Part shown: positions 29,031 through 39,213 of the stretch, piece by piece
Position numbering within the stretch: the stretch's first letter is position 1
Layout of the letters: the number at the start of each line of letters is the position of its first letter
NCBI GenBank assembly: GCA_965228735.1
Contig: OZ245838.1
Location: 32,001 to 96,000, forward strand
From: Planctomycetota bacterium
GTDB taxonomy: Bacteria > Planctomycetota > UBA1135 > UBA2386
DNA length: 64,000 nucleotides
Direction of reading: 5' to 3'
Notes under the pieces: model-generated
What the model was told of the DNA's origin: nothing
The model's database searches: none
Seen by the model: only the letters and a program-made list of their open reading frames with translations
Made by a program: the position numbers and the translations under genes

Positions 29031-31310
29031 TCACTGGATGGTCGAGCGGTAGGCGTCGGAGAGATCGGTGCTGAGCAGCGAGCAGCCTGGGGACAGCGTG
29101 TCCTGGGCGAGCCACTGGTAGAGGAACGACACACCCGACAGCGCGTTCGTCGCCGGGATGGGGACGGCGAAGTCGACGCTGCCGTTGCTGTCGGCGGTGC
29201 CCTGCAGCACGAAGCCGTTGAACGGATCGGGGACCAACGTGCAGGACCCGCATCCGAGGTCGAGTCGGTCGGGGCTGATGACGAGCCAGGTCAGTCGGGC
29301 CGGGAACGTGTTGCGGTAGCGGATCGCGAAGTTCGCGTTGCCGACCATCGCGGCTTCGGCGTAGGACACGCCGGCCGTGCCGCAGCCGCCACCGAGGTTG
29401 GTGCGCACGCCGTCGTCGGCGCGGAACCGAATGCCGCGGATGTCACCGGTGTTGCTGGTGGGGTTGCGCTCGCGCCAGACGATGAGCGCGGCATCGACCG
29501 AGCTGCCGCCACTGTGACGGCTCACGGCTGCGGCGGGGCCCTGGTCGCCGTTGAGTGCGTTCAACGGCAGCGCGAGCCGCGGCGCGACAGCCTCGCCCGT
29601 GAACAGGTCGACCGGCTGGGCGAACGCGTCGAACACTCCCGCGGTCCCGGTCTCCGATCGATACATCACGAGCGCGGAGTCGCCGACCCACGCGACGCTC
29701 GCGGTCTTCTCCTCGGCGTTGGTGTTCGAGACGACCACGACGGGATCCTGCCGGAAGCCGCGGCTGCCGCTCGGGAACAGCGAGTTGAACCCGATCGACG
29801 CCGCCCGGATGTCGTTGTTGCCGGATACTGGTGAGAGCTCCCACTCCCACGCGACGAGCCAGTTGCGGCCGTCGCCGTCGACGTCGGGTTCCTGGTTGTC
29901 GCCGGTCAGGCCGACGCCGAGCACCTGCGACACGGGGATGAGGTCGCGGCTGAAGACGCGGGCGTAGACTTGGCGCAGTCCGGTCGCGTCGACGAACCGG
30001 GTCCAGGCGATGCAATGCACGCCGCCCGCGCCGCCGCTCTTGCTGATCGCCGGCGACGTGACGACGGTGCTGGCCGGCGGTGTGCTGACCGTCACGATCG
30101 TGCCGAGATTGAACGTGGGGGGTGAGGTCGAGCCGTTGGCCGTGACCTGGCGCGCGCGGATGCGATTCGCGGTGACGTCCCGCCAGACGACGAGCGCTTC
30201 GTTGTCGGCCGTCGCTTCGCCGCCGACGTCCGCCCGTTCTTCGTTCGCAGCCGTGGTGACGAGCCCGGTCTCGACGCTGAGGAGGAACGTCGATACCCGC
30301 ATGATGCGGCCGTAGATGTTGCCGCCGCGGTCCCAGACAATGACGAACGCGTCCTCCGTCTCGACGGTCGCGCAGCTCGGGCGGAAGTTGTTGCCCGACG
30401 ATTGGATCCCGATGAGGCCGGAGACCGCGGCGCCGTTCGTATCGTACACCATGCCGCGGATCGACGCGGACGACGCGGAGAAGATGCGGCGCCACACCAC
30501 GAGATACCGGTTCGTCGAGTCGCTGTATGTGACGTCCGCGTCGTGGTCGTTGAAGTTGGAGCCACCGACCGCGACGCTCGTGCCGACGAACGGATCCAGC
30601 ACGAGCGGCAGCTCGGCGGTGTCGACGAACTTCGCCGGCAGCCGCAGCTCGAGCTCACCGCTCTCGTAGTGCAGCGAGCCGGCCGTGCGGCGACCGCCGG
30701 CGTCGATGCCGACTACTCCGCCGATGCGCACACCGCCGGCGTCGCCGTGGCCGAACTCGATCCCACCGTCGGGCGTGGTGCCTGTGAAGCCGAGCTCGGT
30801 GTCGACGCGCAGTCGCACGACGAGATCCCCGGTCCCGCGCGGGAGTCGGTCGAACACGAAGCTCTGTTTGACGCCGTCCCGCCGGGCTTGGTAGGTCTCG
30901 ACGAACTCGGGGTGGCTGCAACGCACCGCATGTGGCGCGTTGCTCTCGGCGACTGTTGCGGGGCCGGGGACCATTGCCGCCATGCCGCGCCCGAACCCGA
31001 CGACCGTCATGGTCACCGGCATGTCGTGCGGCGCGAGTGGCAGCGCGGGCAGATACACGAACCGGTCCACGAGGAACTCGGCGTGGTAGTGCGGGCCGTT
31101 CGCCGTCCAGTTGCCGTCGACGAATTGCGTGCCGAACGCGCCGGCGACCGAGCCGTGCACCGATCGTGCGTCGAGGGTTCCGAGGGATTCTCGTGATGCG
31201 GAGGAGTCGGTACTGAGGAACGGAACGAGTGGGTCGAGCTGCGCCGACGCGGTCGGGCTCAGCGCTGCGCCCAAGCCGAGCATCGCGGCGGCTTTGAGGA
31301 GGTGTCGCAT
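29031..31310 (-). CDS. Secreted beta-rich surface protein, paralogue of 26779-29019
   Basis: Signal MRHLLKAAAMLGLG..SAQ; GVKQSFVF, GVRIGGVVGIDAGG, LPLVLDP, EPDVDGDG. Confidence 0.85.
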   Translation of the reverse strand: MRHLLKAAAMLGLGAALSPTASAQLDPLVPFLSTDSSASRESLGTLDARSVHGSVAGAFGTQFVDGNWTANGPHYHAEFLVDRFVYLPALPLAPHDMPVTMTVVGFGRGMAAMVPGPATVAESNAPHAVRCSHPEFVETYQARRDGVKQSFVFDRLPRGTGDLVVRLRVDTELGFTGTTPDGGIEFGHGDAGGVRIGGVVGIDAGGRRTAGSLHYESGELELRLPAKFVDTAELPLVLDPFVGTSVAVGGSNFNDHDADVTYSDSTNRYLVVWRRIFSASSASIRGMVYDTNGAAVSGLIGIQSSGNNFRPSCATVETEDAFVIVWDRGGNIYGRIMRVSTFLLSVETGLVTTAANEERADVGGEATADNEALVVWRDVTANRIRARQVTANGSTSPPTFNLGTIVTVSTPPASTVVTSPAISKSGGAGGVHCIAWTRFVDATGLRQVYARVFSRDLIPVSQVLGVGLTGDNQEPDVDGDGRNWLVAWEWELSPVSGNNDIRAASIGFNSLFPSGSRGFRQDPVVVVSNTNAEEKTASVAWVGDSALVMYRSETGTAGVFDAFAQPVDLFTGEAVAPRLALPLNALNGDQGPAAAVSRHSGGSSVDAALIVWRERNPTSNTGDIRGIRFRADDGVRTNLGGGCGTAGVSYAEAAMVGNANFAIRYRNTFPARLTWLVISPDRLDLGCGSCTLVPDPFNGFVLQGTADSNGSVDFAVPIPATNALSGVSFLYQWLAQDTLSPGCSLLSTDLSDAYRSTIQ

Positions 31311-31493
31311 GGTTTGGGTCGATCGGGTTCGCGAGCTCGACCGTCGGCGTCGAAGCACGTCGACCGCGTTGCTCACAACCGGCGCAGTGCCTCGTGAGCG
31401 CGGGGCGAACAGGGATTCTCGATTCCCTCTTCATCATCTCCTGGTCTGCAACCTGTCGGCCCTTCAAGCGCCTCGCTACGCTGTCGGGTTCAA

Positions 31494-32858
31494 ATGCGAA
31501 ACACCACCTCGATCCTGTGGGTCGCCGCCTTGGCCGCCCCTCTAGCTGCCCAGGGCAGCAACTACACCGGTCCCGCGAACCTCGTCTTCGCGATGGACAA
31601 CACGGTGGAGATCAACTCGATCAACACCACGAACCAGGCGCACATCGTCGGCGACGAAGCGATCTTCACGTACGCGCCGCAGGGACCGCGGGCCTTCGCG
31701 CTGCCCTACTGCGACTACGGCACGTGGAACGCGTTCCTCGGGGACGAGGACGGCGACGGCGACTTCGACGAGAGCATCATCACGTCGATCGACGCGGTGC
31801 ACGTGCCGCCCGGGGCGCCGTGCCCGCCGAGCATGTTCGACGTCTGGATCTCGATCCAGACGCCGACCGACGGCGCTGGCTACATCGGCGCGCCGATCTC
31901 GGACGGCGACATCTTCCGGTTCACGCCGACGGGCATCGAGACGTTCATCAGCCAGGCCCAGATCATCGACGCCGCGGCGAGCACGAGCACGAACGTCGAT
32001 GTGACCGGGTTCACGATCGACAACGGCGGCGACCTCTACTTCACGTTCAGCGCGACGGTCGACATCAACGGCACGCCGCTGCTCGACGGCGGCATCATCC
32101 GGATCCCGGCGACCGGCTACACGCTGACCGGCGGCGTCGTCTCGAGCGTCGTCACGGGCTCGGCCGAGATCGTCATGGACGACGCGGAAGTCAACGCGGT
32201 CTTCCTCGCCGCGGGCTACGACGGCGTCTCGGATCTCTCGGGCATCCAGATCGATCCGACCGGTGGCACGTTCGTCAGCAGCTCGACCAGCCTCACGGTG
32301 CCGCACCTGTGGCTGAGCGACGACGACACGAGCGACGAAGGGTTGGCGAGCACGGTCGGCGGCGGCGTCGTGCCGACCGTCAACGGTGTCGCGATGCAGG
32401 GTGCTGCGGCATTCGGCCTGCGCGGCGGCTTCAGCGGCGGCGCCCTCGGCAGCCCGTTCGGCATCGGCTTCCAGTTCCAGGACCCGACCGGGTCGGGGCC
32501 GCTGCACCTCGACGAGTTCCCGCTCTCGCAGGCGACGCCGACGATCTACGACTTCGACGTGTCCGGCGCGACTTCGGGTGGCTTCGTCATCTACGCGTTC
32601 AACTTCGGCGACGTGGCGACCAGCGGTGGTTTCACGCCGCGCGCCCCCGCTCCGATCCCGCTCAGCGCCGCCAGCTGGGGCACGCTCTACGGCGGCTTCC
32701 CGGTCGCGTTCACGACCGGCACGTTCGCCGACGCGGAGGGCTTCGCGAGCCTGCAGCTCGACCTGCCGATCAACATCGGCACGTTCGGTCTCGTGGCCCA
32801 GGCCGGCGACCTCGCATCGCTGACGCTGAGCTCGCCGCTCATCGCGGTCATCGACTGA
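31494..32858 (+). CDS. Secreted acidic beta-rich protein with a shortened version of the shared C-terminal domain
   Basis: Signal MRNTTSILWVAALAAPLAAQ; high GC3; tail ADAEGFASLQLDLP..LVAQ..LSSPLIAVID. Confidence 0.85.
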   Translation: MRNTTSILWVAALAAPLAAQGSNYTGPANLVFAMDNTVEINSINTTNQAHIVGDEAIFTYAPQGPRAFALPYCDYGTWNAFLGDEDGDGDFDESIITSIDAVHVPPGAPCPPSMFDVWISIQTPTDGAGYIGAPISDGDIFRFTPTGIETFISQAQIIDAAASTSTNVDVTGFTIDNGGDLYFTFSATVDINGTPLLDGGIIRIPATGYTLTGGVVSSVVTGSAEIVMDDAEVNAVFLAAGYDGVSDLSGIQIDPTGGTFVSSSTSLTVPHLWLSDDDTSDEGLASTVGGGVVPTVNGVAMQGAAAFGLRGGFSGGALGSPFGIGFQFQDPTGSGPLHLDEFPLSQATPTIYDFDVSGATSGGFVIYAFNFGDVATSGGFTPRAPAPIPLSAASWGTLYGGFPVAFTTGTFADAEGFASLQLDLPINIGTFGLVAQAGDLASLTLSSPLIAVID

Positions 32859-33030
32859 GCCTGCGGAGTCCGAGGCAACCCGGCGGGATCGGCGCCAAGG
32901 CGCCAGGCCCTCGCGATCACCTCTCGACGATTGACGCGACCGACCCTCTCATGGAAGGTCGGACCGGCGGCCGGCCACGAACGGCCATCACGGGGGATCC
33001 AGGTCTCCCGTGTCGGCGCCCGACCGCGGT

Positions 33031-33576
33031 ATGCTGCACGACATGGACCGCGACGGTCGCGATGCCGAGCAGTTGCTGCCCCTCGTCTACGACGAACTCC
33101 ACCGGCTCGCCGGCGGCTTCCTGCGCCGGCAGGGCGCGGGGCCCACGTTGCAGGCCACGGCGGTCGTGCACGAGGCCTACGTCCGGCTGTCCGGCCGGGA
33201 CGCGGCGTTCGCGGATCGGCAGCACTTCCTGCGGGTGGCCGTACGCGCGATGCGCGGGGTGCTCGTGAACCACGCGCGCGATCGCGGACGGCTCAAGCGG
33301 GGTGGCGGGGCGGCGCGCGTGACGCTCGGCACCGGCGACGGCGCGATCAGCGCGCCGATGACCGACGTGCTCGACCTCGACGCGGCGCTCACGGAGCTCG
33401 CCGAGAAGGACGACGAACTCGCGCGGATCGTCGAGCTGCGGTTCTTCGCGGGACTGACCGTCGACGAGACCGCGACCATGCTCGGCTGCTCGACACCGAC
33501 GGTCGAGCGGCGTTGGCGAGTTGCGCGCGCGTTCCTGCGCCAGCACATGCGTGGTGAAGCGGAGCCGTCGCCGTGA
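33031..33576 (+). CDS. ECF sigma factor, planctomycete kinase-associated type
   Basis: LLPLVYDELHRLA, TLQATAVVHEAY, MRGVLVNHAR..KRGG, IVELRFFAGLT, TVERRWRVARAFL. Confidence 0.92.
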   Translation: MLHDMDRDGRDAEQLLPLVYDELHRLAGGFLRRQGAGPTLQATAVVHEAYVRLSGRDAAFADRQHFLRVAVRAMRGVLVNHARDRGRLKRGGGAARVTLGTGDGAISAPMTDVLDLDAALTELAEKDDELARIVELRFFAGLTVDETATMLGCSTPTVERRWRVARAFLRQHMRGEAEPSP

Positions 33577-36221
33577 CGACCTGGACCCGGGTTCGTGAGA
33601 TCGTCGAGGCCGCGCTCGCGGCCGAGGGCGCGGCGCGGGCGCGCCTCGTGGCCGACCGGTGCGGCGACGACGCGGAGTTGCGAGCCGCGGTCGAGTCGTT
33701 GCTCGCGCACGACGAACTGCCCGATCCGTGCCTCGACACGCCGCCGGGCACGCCGGGTCTGCTCGCGGCCGCCCAGGCCCCGCCCGCGCTCGAGCCCGGC
33801 ACTCGCCTCGGCGCGTGGGTGGTGCGGGACGTGCTCGCGTCGGGCGGGATGGGGACGGTCTACCGGGGTGCCCGCGCCGACGACAGCTTCGACAAGACCG
33901 TGGCGATCAAGTTGATCAAGCCGGGGATGGACTCGACCGAGGTGCTCGCGCGCTTCGCGAACGAACGCCGCGTGCTCGCCGAGCTCGAGTCCCCCGGCAT
34001 CGCGCGGCTGTTGGACGCCGGCACGTCGAGTGATGGGCGCCCGTTCTTCGTGATGGAGTACGTCGACGGGCAGCCGATCGACGCCTGGGTCCGCGACCGG
34101 AAACTCGACGTTCGGGCCAGGGTCGAGCTCGTCGTCGCGGTGTGCGACGCGGTCCATGCGGCGCACCAACGGCTCGTCGTGCATCGCGATCTCAAGCCCG
34201 ACAACATCCTCGTGACGAGCGCCGGCGCGCCGAAGCTGCTCGACTTCGGCATCGCGAAGGTGCTCGAGCCGGATCCGCACGGCGACACGCCGACGATCGG
34301 GCCGTCCCGCGTGATGACCCCCGAGTATGCGAGCCCCGAACAGGTGCGAGGCGAACGCATCACGACGGCCAGCGACGTCTACTCGCTCGGCGTGGTGCTC
34401 TACGAGCTGCTCGCCGACCAGCGCCCGTTCGACCTGACGGGCTGCACCCGCGCGGAGGTCGAGCGCATCGTCTGTGAGCGCGAGCCGGCGGCGCCGGGTT
34501 CGGGCGCGGACCTCGACACGATCGTGCAGAAGGCGATGCACAAGGAGCGCGAACGGCGCTACGGCTCGGCGGCGCAGCTCGCGGAGGATCTGCGCCGGCA
34601 CCTCGACGGTGTGCCGGTGCTCGCCCGGCCCGATACCTGGTCCTACCGCTTCAGTCGGCTCGTGCGTCGCAATCGCGCTCTCGCGACCGCGGTCGGGCTG
34701 GCGTTCGTCGCGTTGACGGTCGGCCTCGTCGTGAGCCTCACCGAACGCAACCGCGCCGTCGTCGCTTCCGAGCTCGCGGAGCGGCGATTCGGCGATGTGC
34801 ACGCGTTGGCGCGCACGTTCTTGTTCGAGCTCGATGAGCTGCTCGCTGATCTCGATGGCAGCACGCCGGCGCGGGAATTCGTCGTGCGCACGGGCCTGCG
34901 GTACCTCGATGGCCTGGCTCGTGAGGTCGAGAACGACCTCGAGTTGCGCCGCGACGTCGTGCTCGGCTACGTCAAGATCGGTGACGTGCAGGGCGGCGCG
35001 CTCGCGTCGAACCTCGGCCGGCACGAGGACGCCAGGGCGAGCTATCGCCGCGGCCTCGCGCTCGCGGAGACCCTGCCCAGGGCTGACGCGAAGGACCGCG
35101 GCCTGCTCGCGCTCTGCCTGCATCGCCTCGGCGCCATCGAGGAGCAGACGGGATCGATGACGGCGGCGTCGTCGTTCTATGAGCGTGCTCTGGGCCTCGG
35201 CGACTTCGAGTCGGCCAGGCTGAGCTCGCCCGAACTGACCCAGGCGCTGCTCGCCGTGCAGGACAGCCTGGTGTCGCACAGCCTGCGGGCAGGCGACCAC
35301 GCTGCGGCGTTGCGGCACGCCGAGGCCATGGCCGCGATGGTCGACCGCCTGCCGCCGACCGTCTCGGACCGTCTGCAACAGCGGCTGCGGGCGCGGGCGT
35401 CGACCCTGCTCGGCGGTGCGCTGGCCTGGTCCGGGCGAGCGGCCGAGGCGATACCCCGGCTGCAGAGCGCCGTTGCCGTTGCGCGCGCACTCGTGGCGGC
35501 GAATCCGAAGGACGTAGCGGCGCGCGGGGAGCTGGCGCAGTGCCTGTTTCGGCTCGCGAAGTTCATGCCGCGTGGCGCGGATCAGGCCGCGCGGCTGGCG
35601 ATCGCCGATGAGGCCGTCGCCATCAGCCGCAGGCTCTACGAGGCGGATTCGGACAACGCCCACATGATCCGTGATCTCGCGGTCGCGCTCGACTTGGCCT
35701 CGCGGCTGCGCGCCACGGGCGGGGCCAACGCGCCGAGTCTCGCCGAGAGTCTCGAATACCGCGACCTGACCGCGCGGCTCGTCGACTTGAACCCCGCGCA
35801 CCCTGACTACCGCAACGATCTCGTCGGCGCCCGGCTGGCGGTGTCGCGCGCGCGTTCGATGCTCGGCGAGCACGAACTCGCCGAGGCGGAGTGCCTGCGC
35901 GCGAAGGTCGAGCTCGAGCGCCTCGCGGCCGATCGGCCGGCGGACGTCGGCCCCCGACGCAACCTCGCCGCCATCGGCTCGCACCTCGGCATTCTGCGCG
36001 GCAAGTGGGCGCGGGCCACCGCAGTGCCGGCGCGGCAGCTCGAGCTCCGCCGCGCGGCGCGGGCGGCGTTCGAGCAGGCCATCGCGGTGCTGGAAGACTT
36101 GCAGCGGGAGGGCGCGTTGGCCGCGAGCGATTCGCGGTTCATCGACCACACCCGGGGTCAGATCGAGCGCTGCGACGAGCAGATCGCGGCGTTGCTCGCC
36201 GCGAATCCCGATCTCAAGTGA
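33573..36221 (+). CDS. Ser/Thr kinase with a TM segment and TPR-like C-terminal region
   Basis: GGMGTVY, VAIK, HRDLKPDN, LDFGIAK, MTPEYASPEQ; GTGA overlap with the ECF. Confidence 0.92.
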   Translation: MTTWTRVREIVEAALAAEGAARARLVADRCGDDAELRAAVESLLAHDELPDPCLDTPPGTPGLLAAAQAPPALEPGTRLGAWVVRDVLASGGMGTVYRGARADDSFDKTVAIKLIKPGMDSTEVLARFANERRVLAELESPGIARLLDAGTSSDGRPFFVMEYVDGQPIDAWVRDRKLDVRARVELVVAVCDAVHAAHQRLVVHRDLKPDNILVTSAGAPKLLDFGIAKVLEPDPHGDTPTIGPSRVMTPEYASPEQVRGERITTASDVYSLGVVLYELLADQRPFDLTGCTRAEVERIVCEREPAAPGSGADLDTIVQKAMHKERERRYGSAAQLAEDLRRHLDGVPVLARPDTWSYRFSRLVRRNRALATAVGLAFVALTVGLVVSLTERNRAVVASELAERRFGDVHALARTFLFELDELLADLDGSTPAREFVVRTGLRYLDGLAREVENDLELRRDVVLGYVKIGDVQGGALASNLGRHEDARASYRRGLALAETLPRADAKDRGLLALCLHRLGAIEEQTGSMTAASSFYERALGLGDFESARLSSPELTQALLAVQDSLVSHSLRAGDHAAALRHAEAMAAMVDRLPPTVSDRLQQRLRARASTLLGGALAWSGRAAEAIPRLQSAVAVARALVAANPKDVAARGELAQCLFRLAKFMPRGADQAARLAIADEAVAISRRLYEADSDNAHMIRDLAVALDLASRLRATGGANAPSLAESLEYRDLTARLVDLNPAHPDYRNDLVGARLAVSRARSMLGEHELAEAECLRAKVELERLAADRPADVGPRRNLAAIGSHLGILRGKWARATAVPARQLELRRAARAAFEQAIAVLEDLQREGALAASDSRFIDHTRGQIERCDEQIAALLAANPDLK

Positions 36222-36373
36222 CCGGCCGCCACTGCCCGACGGTCAGTAGGTGCGAGCCCTCGCGCGTGCGGGTCCGCCACGAGGGCGGTCCGCCGGGTGA
36301 ACGGTTCGTCCTCGCTCCGGCAGCCGGTTGTCGAGCCGGTCCGTGCCGTTCATACTCCCCAGGGGAGAAGCTC

Positions 36374-38875
36374 ATGCGAATCGCCGTCGCCCTCACCGCC
36401 GCCGTCGCGGCCCTGTTCTGCCCTGCGAGCACCGCTCTGGCCCAGAAGGACGTCACCGCGCTCCGCGAGTTCGTTGACGGCAAGCTCGCGTCGCATCCGT
36501 TCTTCGACAAGATCTCGTATCAGGTCGTCGACAGCTACCCGCCGTTCCTGTTCTACGTGCAGCGGCCGCCGCGCGATCTGCCGGACTATCAACGCCGCAT
36601 CATCAACTCGTACCTGCCGTTTCTGCGCGAGCTTCGCAAGCAGTGCCGGCAGGAGTACTGGGAGCCGGCCGGCCTCGCGAAGGACGCCGTGACGCCCGCG
36701 TTCGCGGTGGCGATCCTGGACAGCGAGGGCAGCTACCTCAACTTCCGCACGGCGATCGGCAACCCGGCGCTGGCGCAGGCCCGCGCGCATTACACGCCGG
36801 AGCTGCGGCTCGCGGTGACCTATGTCGACGCGTTCAAGCCGTACGACACCGGGCCCGAGGAACGCCACGCGCTGCTGCACGAGTTCGTGCACGCCCTGCA
36901 GCACGCGTTCAGCCCGGTCGACAAGATGCCACGGCCGGTCTGGTACAACGAAGGGCTCGCCGACTATCGCGCGTCGAGCACGAACGTCGCGAAGTCGCTC
37001 GTGCGGCCGCCGCTGCAGGATCGGCACATGCGCGCGCTCGCGTTCGGCTACGGCAACCCGGCCGGCCGGTACTACGTCGCGCCGCTGCACGAGCTCGTCG
37101 CGGCAACGAGCTACGGTGAGGTCGTCCAGTTCGCGACCAAGCGCAACTCGGCCCAGCTGCGCACGGACGTGATCCTGCCGATGTTCTACTCGCAGTCGGA
37201 GATGTTCGTGCGCTTCCTGCACGAGGCGAACGACGGCAAGCGGATGCCGCAGTTCCTCGCCTACATGAAGGCGGCGCAGCACAACGAAGCGGGTCTCGAG
37301 CTGTTCCGGCGCGCGTTCGACTGCGCGACCGACGAGCAGCTCGCCGCGTTGCAGCTCGAGTGGTTCACGTGGCTCGACAGCAAGCTGCAGGTGGCGTTCC
37401 CCGGGATGCGCAGTCTGGCCAAGGCCGGCGCCGCCCAGCAGAGCAAGAGCGTGCCGTTGTCGCTGCCCGCGCCGATCGACAAGAGTGGGCTGGCGTTTCA
37501 GCCGGCCGACACGAAGGAGCGCATCGCGGCGGCGCGCGTGCTCGCGTCCAAGGGTCGTCTGCAGGCCGCGCTGGCGCTGCTGCCGCCGGCCGACGATGAG
37601 CTCGAGGCGTCGCAGCGCGCGTTCGCCAGGCGCGTGCGCGGCCGGATCGAATCCGCGATCGCGCTGCGGGACCGCGTGCTGAACCGGTACGCGACGGAGC
37701 AGAGCGTCATCCGGCTACCGGACGGCAACGGTCGCGTGAAGCCCGGGCAGGACGGTCCGGAGATCCACGCCGTCGACGCGGCGGGCACGATCCTGCCGCT
37801 GTCGGTCGTCGGGCCGCAGGAACTCGTGCGCGAGGGCAACCGGGCCAAGGTGTTCGATGGCAGTGAGCGCTACCTGCGCGTCTGGCTGCGCTGGCTCAAC
37901 GGCGACAAGCTGTCGCGCTTCAAGCGCACGCTGCAGAAGGGCACGGGCAAGCTCGCCGAGCTGCGCGGCGACCTGAAGGCCGACTTCGACCCGGCCCAGG
38001 GCCGGGGCGCGTTCGCGTTGGCCGAGCTGCTCGCGCTGCCGGAGACCGACGACCCGGAGAAGGCCCGCGCGGCGCTCGACTCGCTGCGCAGCCTGCTCGA
38101 GACGTCGGGCAAAGAGCCCATGCTCGTCGCGCGCAGGCCGGCGGTCGACAAGCTCGCGCGCGCCTACGCCGAGCGCGCATTCGACCCCGCGCGCATGGCC
38201 GACCTCGGCGTCACCGGCAACATCACCGAGCACGACGACGGTCGCGTCACCGTTGCATACCCGAACGCCGAGTCCAGCGTCGACTTCGACTTCACGCTCG
38301 ACACCGATCTGACGGACTCGCTGTTCGACCTGCCCGACAGCCAGCTGGCCTACGGCGGGCCGTCGGGCGTGCTCGGCGATCCTGCCGACAAGCGCAAGCC
38401 GCGTCGCCTGATCGGATCCGGTCAGGCGGTGTGGGGCGTGCCGCTGCAGGGCCCGCAGGTCATCGAGTTCGACTACACGATGAACGGAGTCGGCGACTGG
38501 GGCGTGCTGCTGTGCCACGACGAAACGGGGTATCTGTTCGTTGCGCCCAGCGGCCAGGTCGCGGTCTTCGACACGCAGACGAGGATCAGCGACGTCGTCG
38601 GCAAGGTCGGCGAGTTCTACCTCGAGAAGAAGTATCGACTGCGCATCGAGCACGACGGCAAGCAGAGGCTGACGGTCAGTCGCGACGGCAAGCCGCTGAC
38701 GACCGTGAGCAAACTCGGCTCCCGAACTGCCGGCGAGTTCCGACTGTTCGTGCACGCGAGCACCGAGGTGCTCATCAGCGATCTGAGCGTCTCGGGCACG
38801 CCGGCCGTCGCGATGGCGGAGGCGCTGCGGGATCGGTTCGTGCAGCGGGTGCTGGCGGGGCTTTGGCCGGAGTAG
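36374..38875 (+). CDS. Secreted zinc-metallopeptidase-like protein (peptidase MA/DUF1570-like) with a C-terminal beta-sandwich
   Basis: Signal ..ALAQ; LLHEFVHALQH..PVWYNEGLADY. Confidence 0.8.
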   Translation: MRIAVALTAAVAALFCPASTALAQKDVTALREFVDGKLASHPFFDKISYQVVDSYPPFLFYVQRPPRDLPDYQRRIINSYLPFLRELRKQCRQEYWEPAGLAKDAVTPAFAVAILDSEGSYLNFRTAIGNPALAQARAHYTPELRLAVTYVDAFKPYDTGPEERHALLHEFVHALQHAFSPVDKMPRPVWYNEGLADYRASSTNVAKSLVRPPLQDRHMRALAFGYGNPAGRYYVAPLHELVAATSYGEVVQFATKRNSAQLRTDVILPMFYSQSEMFVRFLHEANDGKRMPQFLAYMKAAQHNEAGLELFRRAFDCATDEQLAALQLEWFTWLDSKLQVAFPGMRSLAKAGAAQQSKSVPLSLPAPIDKSGLAFQPADTKERIAAARVLASKGRLQAALALLPPADDELEASQRAFARRVRGRIESAIALRDRVLNRYATEQSVIRLPDGNGRVKPGQDGPEIHAVDAAGTILPLSVVGPQELVREGNRAKVFDGSERYLRVWLRWLNGDKLSRFKRTLQKGTGKLAELRGDLKADFDPAQGRGAFALAELLALPETDDPEKARAALDSLRSLLETSGKEPMLVARRPAVDKLARAYAERAFDPARMADLGVTGNITEHDDGRVTVAYPNAESSVDFDFTLDTDLTDSLFDLPDSQLAYGGPSGVLGDPADKRKPRRLIGSGQAVWGVPLQGPQVIEFDYTMNGVGDWGVLLCHDETGYLFVAPSGQVAVFDTQTRISDVVGKVGEFYLEKKYRLRIEHDGKQRLTVSRDGKPLTTVSKLGSRTAGEFRLFVHASTEVLISDLSVSGTPAVAMAEALRDRFVQRVLAGLWPE

Positions 38876-39006
38876 TTCGGCGATGGCTCCCGTCGGTGCG
38901 ATCACTCGAGGAGTGCTCCCCACGAGCTTGTCAGGGGGCTTGCCGCGCGGCACGTGCCGTGATGCTGCGACGTCAGCCGCGTGTGCCTGGTCTCGACCTG
39001 GCGGAA

Positions 39007-39053
39007 GTGGTGGAGAGTAGGGGAGTCGAACCCCTGACCTCTACAATGCCATT
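39007..39053. repeat. att direct repeat (displaced 3' fragment of tRNA-Ala)
   Basis: GTGGTGGAGAGTAGGGGAGTCGAACCCCTGACCTCTACAATGCCATT, identical to 46523-46569. Confidence 0.95.
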
Positions 39054-39168
39054 CTTTGCTGGGCTGTCTTACGGTGTCACGGCATGCCCCTTAGTGTCGT
39101 GGAAAGGTCTGGGGAAAAGTGGCTTATGGAGTCTTCGGCGTGTGGCGGGTTGTGACACCGAAGGGCAA

Positions 39169-39193
39169 TCGCTGGGTGACACTTTGGGTGACA
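39169..39193 (+). repeat. Putative integrase arm-type sites (TGGGTGACA x2)
   Basis: TCGCTGGGTGACActtTGGGTGACA; a near-identical copy at 46431-46455. Confidence 0.7.
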
Positions 39194-39213
39194 CCTCGTA
39201 GCGTGCCCAAGCC

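Noticed and set aside
39007..39053. Second tRNA gene
   Set aside because: Only the 3' half is present (no D-arm or 5' acceptor strand); it is the att duplicate
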